From assembly GCF_006345805.1 (NCBI RefSeq), contig NC_043000.1, positions 98,828,001 through 98,892,000 of the forward strand: a DNA stretch of 64,000 nt, written 5' to 3'. The notes below the pieces were generated by a model. The model was given only the letters and a program-made list of their open reading frames with translations. It ran no database searches and was not told the origin of the DNA. The DNA is from Octopus sinensis (taxonomy: Eukaryota). The position numbers and the translations under genes are program-made. Position 1 is the stretch's first letter, and every line of letters starts with the position of its first letter. This document shows positions 1 through 12,370 of this stretch, one piece after another.

Positions 1-680
1 GACAGAGTAACTTCCGTTAATGAGTCTGTAGAAGTTGAAAAGAAACTGCATGGCAATTTAGCTGAAGAAACTAGACAACATTTATAACTATGAAGAATTA
101 TTGTATTCCACTTAGTTTACCAGTATTTGCAAATAAGAGCTGCCGTTGTGTGGACATGAAAGAAAACACAGCTTTAGCAGAGTTAATTATTGTGAGCTAT
201 TTGATTGTTTGGCTGAAACATAAAGTGACTTTACATTAAGAATCTCTACGAAAGAAGGATCAAAGAACTTTTAAGAGTTCAAAGTATTATGCAAAATAAC
301 CTTATATCTGCCTTTAATAGTGTAATAGCTGTTGTGTCACCAAATGAAGCTGAAAGTGTGGACGAAAGTACGAAATGTACAATGCATGTCCAACTCCTTG
401 TTATTGTGAAGTATGTAAAAGAATGCAAAGCAAATTAAAGATGTTTAGGATGTTATGACGTCAGTAGTGGTATAAGAAACTCGTACTTGCCTGATTTAAT
501 GGCAAATGTCTTGAAATTCCTTTGGAGATTTTTAAGCTGAAACGGTTAGGTGAATGAACGATGTAACAGTTGTAAAGGTAGGCAAATGAACTGGGTTTCC
601 AACGAAGGTGGAAAGAAAAGGTTTTAATGCAATGGCTTTGTAATCAAAGCGCGAAAGTGTCTCTAATATACAATGAAATG
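1..680 (+). mobile_element. Decayed hAT-superfamily transposase remnant (ZMYM1-like/DUF4371 type)
   Basis: 137-217 translates ELPLCGHERKHSFSRVNYCELFDCLAE (cf. ELPLRGHDE..NRGNxxEL). 358-417 translates VDESTKCTMHVQLLVIVKYV (cf. xDETTD..EQLxxxxRYV). Stops and frameshifts throughout. Confidence 0.6.
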
Positions 681-961
681 TGAAATGCGGATAAATTGAA
701 ATTTAATTGACATACATATATACATACATATTATATATAAGTGCATGGATATTGTATACAAATATATATACACTCACATACATTCATACATGTATACATA
801 CACATATTTACATATATTTTGGAAAAATATATTGACTTATATATATATCAATATATAAATATATACTCATATGCAAAAACGTGCTCTACTGAAGATTATT
901 GAATAATCGATTGTTATATAAAATCATTTGATATCTATCTATCTACTTATTTACTTATCTT

Positions 962-962
<1 letters not shown>

Positions 963-1005
<43 letters not shown>
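963..1005. repeat. (TATC)n microsatellite
   Basis: Direct tandem tetranucleotide run. Confidence 0.95.
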
Positions 1006-1006
<1 letters not shown>

Positions 1007-1511
1007 TTATTCATTTAACTATCTATTAATGCACACACACAAACACACACACGCACACATACACGCATATGCATACATATGCATGTATGTATTAATATAT
1101 TTAAGTATATATATGTATAAGAAATTATATACGTTTAGAGAGAGAAAGAGGGATGGATAAACAGCCAGACAGCCAAATAGTCATATACATAATTAGATAG
1201 AGAGAGGACAAGGGAAGAGAGAGAAAGAGAAAAGAGAAAGAGATAGAGACTCGTTAAAAATGATAACGAAAGAATAAAACCTTATTGAATATCGTAAAGT
1301 AGAATAATTATTTTCTTTTATTTGCTCGACTAAAACCAAAGCCAACTGCCTGTATATGGTAACATCCGAAATTACCTACTTCATCGGAACTCCATTTATG
1401 GGGTTATATGTGTATATACACATATCTATGTGTGTGTGTATGTATGTGTATGTGTGCGTGTGTGTGTATGTGTGATGGATAGATAGATACAGAGAGAGAG
1501 AAAGGGAGGGG

Positions 1512-1710
1512 GGGCTTAATGGTTTGGATTTTCGCAAGGTCACGAGTTTTGTTTCAGGCGGTGCGTTGTGTCGTTCAGCAAGACACTTTATTTGACGTTG
1601 CTTCTGTTTATTCAGCTCGTAAAAATGAGTAGTATCTGTATTTCAAAAGGGCCAGCTATGTCGCATTCTGTGTCACACTGAATCTACCAGTGAACTATGT
1701 TAAATGTACG
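1512..1710 (+). mobile_element. Degenerate tRNA-derived SINE (family C)
   Basis: A-box-like GGCTTAATGG start. Body gcaagacactttatttgacgttgct...aaaatgagt resembles the minus-strand copy at 55770-56088. Confidence 0.5.
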
Positions 1711-1718
1711 CTACATAT

Positions 1719-2123
1719 ACTCTTTTACTCTTTTACTTGTTTCAGTCACTTGACCGCGGCCATGCTGGAGCACCGCCTTTAGTCGAGCAAATCGACCCCA
1801 GGACTTATTCTTTGTAAGCCTAGTACTTATTTTATCGGTCTCTTTTGCCGAACCGCTAAGTGACGGGGACATAAACACACCAGCATCGGTTGTCAAGCAA
1901 TGCTAGGGGGACAAACACACACACACAAACAGACACACACATACACATACACATATATATACATATATACGACAGGCTTCTTTCAGTTTCCGTCTACCAA
2001 ATCAACTCACAAGGCATTGGTTGGCCCGGGGCTTTAGCAGAGGACACTTGCCCAAGATTCCACGCAGTGGGACTGAACCCGGAACCATGTGGTTGTTTAG
2101 CAAGCTACTTACCACACAGCCAT
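1719..2123 (-). mobile_element. tRNA-derived SINE family A, near full length, internal CA/TA microsatellite
   Basis: Reverse complement starts TGGCTGTGTGGTAAG (A-box) ... GGGTTCAGTCCC (B-box-like) and ends in a (gtaaaaga)n tail. Matches the copies at 27714, 58523 and 62462. Confidence 0.9.
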
Positions 2124-2309
2124 GTTGGCGATTTTTTTCCTCTGTCTTCCCTTCTCTGGATCTTTCCTTCTCCTATGTTTCCGACGAAGAGCTCCGCTCG
2201 AAACGTTAAAACCTCCTTCTTTCCTTCTTTCTTGAGTGTCCAATAATACTATATTTGTTCCACGTCCTCGCGTGTTGTGTTTTTTTGTGCTTTCTTGTTT
2301 GGATTAACT
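2124..2309 (+). mobile_element. PLE terminal-repeat fragment, family P1, with HHR-like motif
   Basis: Near-identical to 24836-25042 and 31955-32154. Contains gttt-ccgacga-a-gagc/tcc/gctc-gaaac-gtt. Ends at a (TA)n tract. Confidence 0.75.
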
Positions 2310-2314
2310 ATATA

Positions 2315-2369
<55 letters not shown>

Positions 2370-3193
2370 GGAATTTGAGCTTAGAATGGAAAGACGGACG
2401 GTATGCAACATTCTTCCAGGCATGCTAACGATTCTGCCATCTCGCTGCCTTCACTTTTTCTTTAATTACTAATTGCAAGCCTTCAGGTTGGGTCTCAGTT
2501 TCATCAATTCTAATGGTCTGGGAGTAATGCATGCACAGGTCAGAGGCACAACCCTTCCTCTTAAGAGTAACTTATAAACCGGAAATACCATAAAACCATT
2601 CTAAGAGAGTTTTGAACGGACAATCCTATAGCATCTAGTTTATTTAGCACCTAGTATCAGGCACTCAGTTATATTGATTTTAGCTGATGAAACGTTTGGA
2701 ACGAATAATTCATACAGTTCTTTATTTTAGATTGAAAGAAAAATATAATTCTAACTTCGTATGAAAACACAAAACACACAACCACTCAAGGCTATCACAA
2801 TTGTGTGGTTAATGAGCAAATGTATAGAATGATAATTAATTTTAATAAGTTTAATTAATTTTATGAAATTTAAAGAACTTTTGCAACATAGACAAAAATA
2901 CATATGAGATAAATATAATAAGCAAGCAACAACAACAAAAAGAAGTATGGAAATAGAAAATAGTAATTCTAACAGCAACAATGACGATAACAAAACAACA
3001 AATACATTAAGCAAAAAAACAACAACATAGAAATGAGAAAGAATAGAATTCCAAAGTAGAAATATGTTCTTCATTCAGTTACGTTCTATTTGTACCTGCT
3101 TGCATACATGAACAAATGCAAGTGTACATAAATATATAATTATATTGATGTATATAGATATGTATATAGATATTTATTGTCATACATGCATAC

Positions 3194-3224
<31 letters not shown>

Positions 3225-3436
3225 TGTATGTATACAGATACATATTGTATACATGATATTGCGTATTGCGAACAAAACAGTCAGCGAATATTACGTAAAG
3301 AACTCGAAGCAATTAAACAGAGAAATTGATATATCGTTGCAAAAGGAAAACTGCAACAGGTGTATGCTCATGTCATTTATCTCAAACATTTTCCAGAAGA
3401 TTGTTTGGGAAACATTGCAATAATTTTACTAACATC

Positions 3437-3493
3437 ACACACACACACGCACGCACACACACACACACACGCACACACACACACACACACACA

Positions 3494-3538
<45 letters not shown>

Positions 3539-3575
3539 CAAAAACACACACACACACACATACACATATATATAT
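3437..3575. repeat. (CA)n / (TA)n microsatellite
   Basis: Direct dinucleotide runs. Confidence 0.95.
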
Positions 3576-4410
3576 AGCGGAATTAAAATGATACTTATGA
3601 ATATCAGCAAATTGGCTCTTGGAGAATCATGTTAAGACAAGAACAAACATTTTCAAATTCAATAATCTCAGTCAGTCAAAAGGGCGGCTTTCACGATATA
3701 TAGTTCCAAAGCAGAGTATAGGATTACTTTATAAGTTTATTCCATTACCCAAAATAACATATCAGCATAGTGAAAAATAACCTTAATTAATCAATTTCCA
3801 TATATTTATGACTGCAGTTTCTGCTTTGGAATTAAAACTACTATTTATTCCTCATTAAAAATTACATCGATGGTTTAATAATCATTCAGATTTGAGTAAA
3901 CGTTTTTAAAATTTTAGTTTCGAAAAACGAAAATACATTACAAATTACAAATTTGAAATTAATAATTTGAATTTATTTAATCATTATAATTGCGTTCAGA
4001 GCAAAATTCGGTACAGCAACTGACAGAATGCTTCACGTATTTTGTGTTCTTATATCTCGTCTTTTGATTTCAATCCCAACCAAAGCCAAGTTTATTTTTT
4101 ATCCTTCCGGGTCAATAAAATATTTAGCATCTAAATTTTAAGGGTTCACGTATTAAATTTGTTATAAATCGTGAATATTTAATTACATAAATTTTCAGAA
4201 ATTGTTTTCGTACTTGACCAAAATATATCTCGTATAACATTGAGACAACTTTGAACGGCAGACATCTTTCTTTGGCTAACAAGTTTGGTTTACATCTATG
4301 TTGTATCAAGTTCAATCCAATGACAAGATCAGCTCATTTGGCATTTGTTTTCTACCATAGCTATGGGCCTTCTACGGCGAAAGCTTTTGAGGTGATATAT
4401 GAAGCAGCTC

Positions 4411-4506
<96 letters not shown>

Positions 4507-4949
4507 CTATATATATATATTATATATATATTTAGACATATACACACGCGTGTGTGTGTGAGTGTGTGTTTTTTCAGGATTGTTAAGAGAATATGATATT
4601 AAAATAGTATATTTACATATAAAGTATGCATTCGCAATCTTTTTCTCTCTGACTATAATTTTGTTCAATGTTCTGTGTAAATAATAACCGATTTGAAATT
4701 TCTATGTTGACGCGGGAATCAAGAGGATAAGAAGAACGTTTCAGAAAAAAGTAATCTATTTATAACTGTTGCTGTTGTTGTTTAGGCTTAGTAGAGACCC
4801 CACTTTAGTAGGTGTGTGTTAAAAAATGATCCAATCGCATCAGCAACCCAATTTTTTATAAGACGTTATGGATTGAAGGATATGCAACTGACTGCTATTT
4901 CACACACGGTAAGTTTTAACCTATACGGGCCTCCTTTGTTTCCAGAATT

Positions 4950-5200
4950 TATTAACATTTGCTGATTCGCAGAGCCAACGGGAAGTCTTCTACATGATTT
5001 CATAATGTGCTAAAACTAAAAGGAATCAGCCAAATTTCTCTTTCTGCTCTCTCCGGAATCTTGGGTGTACTCGCTAATATTTTTTTACTATAACGTACAC
5101 AGTTGAACGAGAACCTTAATGTATGCTGGTCACCTAATATCAAAAACTTATTAATGAGTACTCCAAGAGGATAAGGTTAGGTAGAATGCTCATGTAGCTT
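4950..5200 (+). mobile_element. Possible very old CR1-like LINE RT C-terminal fragment
   Basis: Translates ...CWSPNIKNLLMSTPRG, resembling VWSPxxKKDIxxLExVQRR. Weak similarity only. Confidence 0.3.
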
Positions 5201-6389
5201 TCCGATACTTTACGTTTACCAAAATTCACTCCCAGGTTGCTGGCTAACCAAAGGCTGCACTGATCTGTATAATCGAATCTGTTCTGTCCGTAGATTTCGT
5301 TCAACCACCGACTTGAATAAATTCAAAACCAACAATATTTGTTTCAGTCATATCTAATGTAAGAAGGTATGGACTGACATTCGTCTTTATTGTAATTTAC
5401 AGAACAGAAATCTTTTCAGCTGAACCAGACTGTTTCCTAACATCACTATATGTGTTATGTCTAAATCAATCTTTATAATATTTTACATGTAATTTACATA
5501 AGTGACTCAGGAGTCGAGGTGAAAAAATCAGTTAACAGATTTTAATTTCCAGGCTGGAATCGACCGACAAGAAATGTATGCGTTGTTGATTATAATATGG
5601 TCTGTGATTTCTTCTGTTATTACATATTGAATGTTTATTTTATTATACATATGATTTAATTTAATTTAATCAAATTTCTATAGAGTTCTCTCTGATGTCT
5701 TGCTTTTCTATTAAAACCGTGTTTACACACGAACTGTATAATAACATTTGAAGTAGAATCGAGATTTTGGCTCTATTTCTCGTCATTGTTTACAATGAGG
5801 AATCTATTTTCCTTTAGTGTTGTTTTATGAGGTATAATTATGCACCGATAAAGACCTCTTTGTTGCTTAGTTTACTGTTCACACCAGGCCTCTACTTGTT
5901 AGTGTTTGTTTGTTTGTTTTTATCTAAACAACCAGAAGACATGCTTTTGGGTAGAGGGTTGTGTAGGGTATTATCAACATCTTGACGACATCGTTGACTG
6001 ATTCGTTTTTGTAATTCCATTCTGCTGCCAATTTCTAATATTTGAATATTGATTTCCTACATTGGCAAAAATGCACACACATCTACACAAAAAATACAGG
6101 CTATATAAACGACTCGAATACATTACTGGTACTAATACTACTACTCCGCGATTCACGAGATGTAAGGCCTCAAACCCCAGAGAAATTTGAACTGAAAGTA
6201 AATTGTACGATCTAATTCCTCAGAAGAACTTTCACAGTTAATCCGCTGTATTTATGAAACAACTGGCCTTCTTATGAAAACTGAGTAATATGTGCTGAAC
6301 TGAGCCCCATCGGCAAAAGGTAATTTCCTGATAATTCGATTCTCTTAAGCAATACCATTCCCCGATAAGTAACGATTTGCATTTGTGGA

Positions 6390-6560
6390 GTCGATAGAAT
6401 GACGGATGAACCGCGTGTTATTTAATCATGTCTCTTTTGATTCTCTGTTCAAATCCCACCGAGATCAATGTTAGCGTTTAATTTTTCCGAAGATCGATAA
6501 AGTAAATACCAAGGGTTCTGTAGTCAGTTTAATCAAATATATTATACTCCACCAAAATGT
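6390..6560 (+). mobile_element. Degenerate SINE family B copy
   Basis: gttcaaatcccaccgagatcaa (B-box-like) followed by ...gatcgataaagtaaatacca, similar to 38885-39110. Confidence 0.55.
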
Positions 6561-6815
6561 TGACCATGTACCGATATAAAAAAAAAACTGTGATTGTACA
6601 ACTGGATGTTTTGATTATATTTAACTGAAGCTGGCTTTTTAATAACATGAATGTCAGAAAATTTAATTTCTTTAAGCAATTTATCTCTAAAGAAATGCAC
6701 TTATTTCTCTAAGTTATTTATTTTATACAGTTCTATATTTAAGAGAAGAGGAATTATGTACGTTATTTACATTATTTACAATTGACGAATATTTGTCCTA
6801 ATCTTGTTTGTTGTT

Positions 6816-6861
6816 AACACAACATTTCGGCTGATATACCCTCCAGCCTTCATCAGGTGTC
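6816..6861 (-). ncRNA. Minimal type-I hammerhead ribozyme motif (P2 family, antisense arm)
   Basis: Reverse complement is GACAC-CUGAUGA-A-GGCUG/10-nt loop/CAGCC-GAAAU-GUU-GUGUU. Confidence 0.7.
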
Positions 6862-7092
6862 TCGGGGAATTTTCGAACCTGGGCTCTCATTCCTAAGGTA
6901 TGTTTTTTCGATGTTATTATTATTCAGATCACTGCCTGGAATCGAACTCGGAATCTTGGGGTTAAGAGCACGGGCTACTAACTCCAAGATTCCGAGTTCG
7001 ATTCCAGGCAGTGACCTGAATAATAACAATACTAATAACAACATTGAAAAAAATACCTTAGAAATGAGAACCCAGGTTCGAAATTTTCCCAA

Positions 7093-7138
7093 GACACCTG
7101 ATGAAGGCTGGAGGGTATATCAGCCGAAATGTTGTGTT
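7093..7138 (+). ncRNA. Minimal type-I hammerhead ribozyme motif (P2 family)
   Basis: Stem I GACAC/GUGUU, core CUGAUGA at 7098-7104, stem II GGCUG/CAGCC, then GAAAU and a GUU triplet. Stem III is only 2 bp with no loop. Confidence 0.7.
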
Positions 7139-7532
7139 AACAACAAACAAGATGAGGACAAATATCCGTCAATTGTAAATAATGTAAATAATTTATTTTA
7201 TACCTCTTATTTTACTTTATTCCTCAATCCCGTTCATTATCTCAATTTATATTGTATTGCTTTACATTTTAGTAACTGTAAGCTCCTCGTCTCTCTATAC
7301 GCACACACTCACACATATACCATACTTATACACACACAGACACACATATGTACACACACACGCACACACATGCACGGTGACGCACACACGCACACACACG
7401 TTTTCTCTCTTCCCTACACATACATATATATATATATGTCGTCTTTGGATTTGGTTTGCAGAATTCTTTATGTGAGTTCGTGCTAAAAGAGAATGACTCT
7501 CCCAGGCACAGCAGTATATACATATATATATA

Positions 7533-7576
<44 letters not shown>

Positions 7577-7589
7577 ACATACTATTAAA

Positions 7590-8570
7590 ACTAGTACTTA
7601 AACACATACCAAGTACAACCACAGCAAGAACAGATACACATATACAGATACGCACACAAACACACACAAACACACACAAATACTACACAACCCACGCACA
7701 CACACAAATACTACACAACCCACGCACACACATACGAATACATACATACACACAAACACAATATGCCCATTCCTCACTAAAAATACACACACACTCAAAG
7801 AAAAAAACACCCACATATACACACGCAATACAATTCCAGCAATCCCAACAAACACTCACAGACACACACATATACACACACATACAAGCACTCAATGACA
7901 CACAATGACAAATACAAGTCACACAAACACACACACACACAAAGAATACATAAACCACACCTACATACACACACACACGCAAAACACAAACGCATACCAG
8001 TACACGCACAGTATATACACGCGCACACACATACACACCATCCTGATAAGCATAACACACACGGACACACACATATACACTCACACACGTACATACATAT
8101 GCACCCACACACACTATTACGTATGCACATTCGCACACATACCCATACATATGCACACTCACACGCACATACATACACCACCCGGACAATTATAACACTA
8201 TAAACATACAGACACACACACATACTCCTGTGCATGCACACAACACACACAAACATACACACGCACATACACACAAACGTACACGCACATACACACACAC
8301 GAACAAACACATATATACACATACATTCCTACGCGCACACACACAACACCCTGACAAAACCAAATCACACATATACACACACGTGCAAACATACACACAC
8401 ACCACTCTGCTAAATATAAAACACATACATACACAGACACATATACACACACACACTACACTGAACTCTACGACCAGTCAAAAATCATCACACACATGCA
8501 CAAGCATATATACACACACACGCATAGAACCGTGCACACATACACATTCAATCACCCCATCTTGAACTCT
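7590..8570. repeat. ~1 kb decayed A/C-rich (CA/TA) low-complexity tract
   Basis: Imperfect acacac/atacac units with strong strand skew and short internal direct repeats (caaatactacacaacccacgcacacaca x2). Confidence 0.9.
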
Positions 8571-9202
8571 AAACCAGCCGAAAAACCATCGAACCAGACT
8601 AGCCCAAAAACAAAAAATCCTTTTGATTCCACAAACTATTCGAAATCAGATCATGTAACTGATCCAAACCAGCCCCCACACTATTTCTAAAAATAGCAAC
8701 CATCCTTGGAGATGAAGAAAAAAGGTTGGTAATTGGTCATTCCTCCAAAATACTTATAAATAATTATGCTTTCTGATGAACTTTTGACAAACCAATACAC
8801 GCTTTCTCCTATCAAATACTGTCTACAAATTCTTGTTGTGCATATACTTATAAAAAATTATGATTTCTGGTGAACTTATAAGCAATTATGAACTTATTTT
8901 ACTGCCAATTTTGAACACTTTTATATAAACTGTTTAAACACAAAGCCTGTCATATATTCTTAACATTGTCAAAGATTCTATTCTTAACATTGTCTTATCA
9001 TGGTCAAAGACTCTATCACTATATTTTAATACATCTATGTTAACTAATTTTTAACACCACAAAGACTACAAAAGCTTTGCACTTTACTTTCGAAAATCTT
9101 TTCTTAAAAAAAAGTGAAACATGTCAAGTCAATAAACATCTTTAAAAAACCTCTGCATTTTCAAATCCTCTTCCCTGTATATATATACATATGTGTGTGT
9201 GC

Positions 9203-9233
<31 letters not shown>

Positions 9234-9260
9234 GTATGTGTGAGTGTATGTATGTATGTT

Positions 9261-9303
<43 letters not shown>

Positions 9304-9469
9304 ATACAACATAAGAATACTTAGATATACGCACGTATGTATACACACATATATATGTACGTATGTACACGACCGATTTAATTGCCCGTCCAAACTCCCC
9401 GTGCTATATGGTCAAAATACTGCCGTAGTGAATATAATGACGAAGTAAGTATATAAATTTATATAAATA

Positions 9470-9762
9470 AGTATAAGGTCGTTATTTAAATACGATCATA
9501 TCAAGTGGACAGCATGGGAATAAAAACCTTATAGGTAATAATTATTATTAAAATCATAATCAAGGGTATCTAAAAGGTACCATCATGCAAGAGATAGCAG
9601 TCAAAACTTGACTCTAAAACCACATCATGTATTCATACAGCATCAGAGGAAAAGATCAAAAAGACAAATAAGCTAGTAAAAATTTATTGGATAATCCCAG
9701 ATCCAGATTTCTAGCTTGGCATAATACATACATACATACATACATATATACAAACACACACA

Positions 9763-9848
<86 letters not shown>

Positions 9849-10065
9849 GTACTGTCTGTGTATATCCCACTGATGAGGCAGAGTATATTTTTATGCGAAG
9901 CCAGAATTCCGGATCTGGGATTATCTAACATTTTTTTGCTAGTTTATTTTGTCTCTTTGTCTTCTCTCCTGGTGCTGTATAAATATTTGATATGATTTTA
10001 GAGTCAAGTTTTGACTGCTATCTCTAGCATGGTGGTATATTTTAGATACCCTTAATTATAATTTG
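9470..10065. mobile_element. Inverted pair of PLE-like terminal repeats (family P3) around a TACA/CA/TA microsatellite
   Basis: ~9545-9725 is the diverged reverse complement of ~9890-10060. The same family occurs at 32370-32620. Confidence 0.75.
9864..9921 (+). ncRNA. Atypical hammerhead-like motif (GAAG in place of GAAA; AUC triplet)
   Basis: Stem I AUCCCA/UGGGAU (6 bp), core CUGAUGA at 9870-9876, GCA..UGC stem II, GAAG, CCAG-AAUU-CCGG, AUC. Confidence 0.45.
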
Positions 10066-10419
10066 TGTATATATATGGTGCGAGAGGATCTTTATCACAA
10101 CAGCGACTTACTGTAACTCCAGAATAGTTTATCTCTTATTGGAGCTTGTCAGTGACGTGTATCCTTTTGTCACATGCTAGACGAAATCAGTCACCTCCGA
10201 TATAGTGTTACTGATATTACGAAAACACTGTCAGGCTAAAATAAATTCAGTATATGTAATTGAAACACCATAAAATTATAAACACCATCCGTGTATCATA
10301 TATTCACAACTGACTGGCATGACGCTGTAGTTTTTATCTGAGAGAATATATTTTCATAGACATTTATTAATAGCACAATATATAATATTCGATGGTTTGT
10401 AGGAGGAACAAAGCAACAA

Positions 10420-10570
10420 ATCATTGGAGAATGATTTGTAGATTAAATTAACCACCGGTAATTTATTTATCTAGAATGATTGAAAGTAAAGTCGACCATG
10501 ACGGCATTTGAACTCAAAAACGTAAAGGATATAACAGAATAAAAATCTAAAGAATCTGCCAATCCACTGG
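10420..10570 (-). mobile_element. Degenerate SINE family B copy
   Basis: aaagtcgaccatgacggcatttgaactca resembles family B aaagtcgacctcggcggaatttgaactca. Confidence 0.6.
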
Positions 10571-11384
10571 AATGTAGTATATTGTCATAATATAAATATA
10601 TAAAACTATCGTAATATAAAAACAACAAAAAAATCAATCACGGAAGCAGTCTCCAAACTAGACTACACACCAAAGCACTCACAAATAAATGAACGGATAA
10701 ATTCAAATAATATGTTTAACAAACTGTAAAAAACAAATTATTTGCCCGGATTATGAGCATAACCTTTGACAATCATGTCACATGATATAGTGATTTAGAA
10801 CAAACTCGAAATTAACACCAAAGACAGAAAGACTGCATTAATATTTTGCTTGGAAGGATGAACAATTAGAAGCAAGAGTGAAAGAAAAATGGAAAAAACA
10901 TAAACGGAAAAAACGATGTGATTAGCTATAGAATATTAAGTGTCTAATTAAACGTAGACAAAACCCACCTAATCAATCAATCATATTAGAACACATTATC
11001 TCTGTCACAAAAATCAATCATCATGAAATTTTAGTAGTGGAAAATTGTTGCTTGGTTCAAATAGGTGATGCCTCTCATTTGCGCTGTCTCTTATATAGTC
11101 TGGCGTTAAGATTGTCATCCACCACATAAACATAGCGTTTGTTTTCTTCTTTTTATCCTATTTTATTTTTTCCCCTTTACTTTTATTAAAACAATATAAT
11201 ATATAACTGAAATTAAAAGAAGGCGTGGAAAAAGAAGTGGAGGAGTAGGAAGAGGTGAATAAGTAACGTGCAATTCTTGTGGTTTTGTGGAATAAACGGT
11301 CTCTAAGGTAAAGTCCTCGCAGACATATCGATGCTAACCAGCAAAAAGAAGAAAATTTATATTCTCCTACTCTTCTACCAATTT

Positions 11385-11750
11385 CGTTCAGTTGCAGCCA
11401 TGCTGGAGCACCGCATTAACAGATTTATCAACCTCAGTAATTATATTGCTTAAACCACAACTTACGGAGATGTAGATAAAGCAGAAGTAATTGACAAGCA
11501 GCAGATACCCACATAATCACATGCTCACACACAGACACAAGCAAACACATACGTACATACATACATAGATACATAGATACATAGATACATACATATATGC
11601 ACAAAGCTTCCGCACACTAATTTGGTCTGCCAACTCAAGACATTGATAGGCCCAAAGTTATAGAGAAGGATACTTACCCAAGAGGCCGTGCAGTGGAACT
11701 GAAATAAAAACTTTGAGGTGGAGAAGCGAACTTCATAACCCTATAGTCAT
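11385..11750 (-). mobile_element. Old SINE family A copy
   Basis: gcagccatgctggagcaccgc at the 3' end and gatacttacccaagaggccgtgcagtggaactgaa at the 5' half, with an internal microsatellite. Confidence 0.6.
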
Positions 11751-11999
11751 GATTCTTTTTTCTATTCATTATCCGGCTTTGTCCGGAGAAAAGGACTGTG
11801 CTTACGCCGTTCGCAGGCTTCCGGGGATCAACGTAGTTAGCTTTGTAACGAGAACAAGGTTGTGATCGAACTATGTGTGCCAATATACGCAGTCTCACAC
11901 GCACTCACACACATGCACATGCACATTCATACTCACATATCTTTATATCAGTATCTGTTGGGACTTTTCCAAGGCTTTGGAACGGTTTCTTGCTGACGT

Positions 12000-12339
12000 C
12001 ACCAGTCGAATAGGTATAGTGTGTACTTAGCAATGATAGAAGACTAAACCTGACAAACTCGATATATCTTTCATGGTCACTAACTTATGTAATTACCAAA
12101 CAAATCTTAGCGAAATCACACGTTACAATCTCGAATGAGGAGACGTAGGAGAATGTCTTTGATATAGAGAAACTACGGAATGGACATTGGTTAATTTCAG
12201 CAAGACGTTTGCTCGTTTAGAGCAGATCTGACACTAACAACAACAGGACAAAAAGAAGAAGAAGAAGAAGAAGAAGAAGAAGAAGAAGAAGAAGAAGAAG
12301 AAGAAGAAGAAGAAGAAGAAGAAGAAGAAGAAGAAGAAG

Positions 12340-12369
<30 letters not shown>
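12000..12369 (+). mobile_element. Probable RTE LINE 3' end with (GAA)n tail
   Basis: Translates ...EWTLVNFSKT (cf. RTE EWTGLxFxxT), followed by a pure (GAA)n tract at 12253-12369. Confidence 0.4.

Positions 12370-12370
<1 letters not shown>

Larger units (their letters stand above)
6763..7191. mobile_element. Fold-back (inverted) pair of PLE terminal repeats with tRNA-like head, family P2
   Basis: 6763-~6964 is the reverse complement of ~6979-7191. The same sequence flanks the Penelope ORF at 44972-45172 (-) and 46685-46880 (+). Confidence 0.9.

Noticed and set aside
6857-7486. 209-aa ORF
   Set aside because: It runs through the P2 palindrome into a microsatellite and has no protein motif
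7456-8565. Long His/Thr/Tyr or Cys/Val-rich ORFs (also 3326-3635, 20928-21980, 56209-56851, 62217-62890)
   Set aside because: Artefacts of stop-free CA/TG/TA dinucleotide repeats
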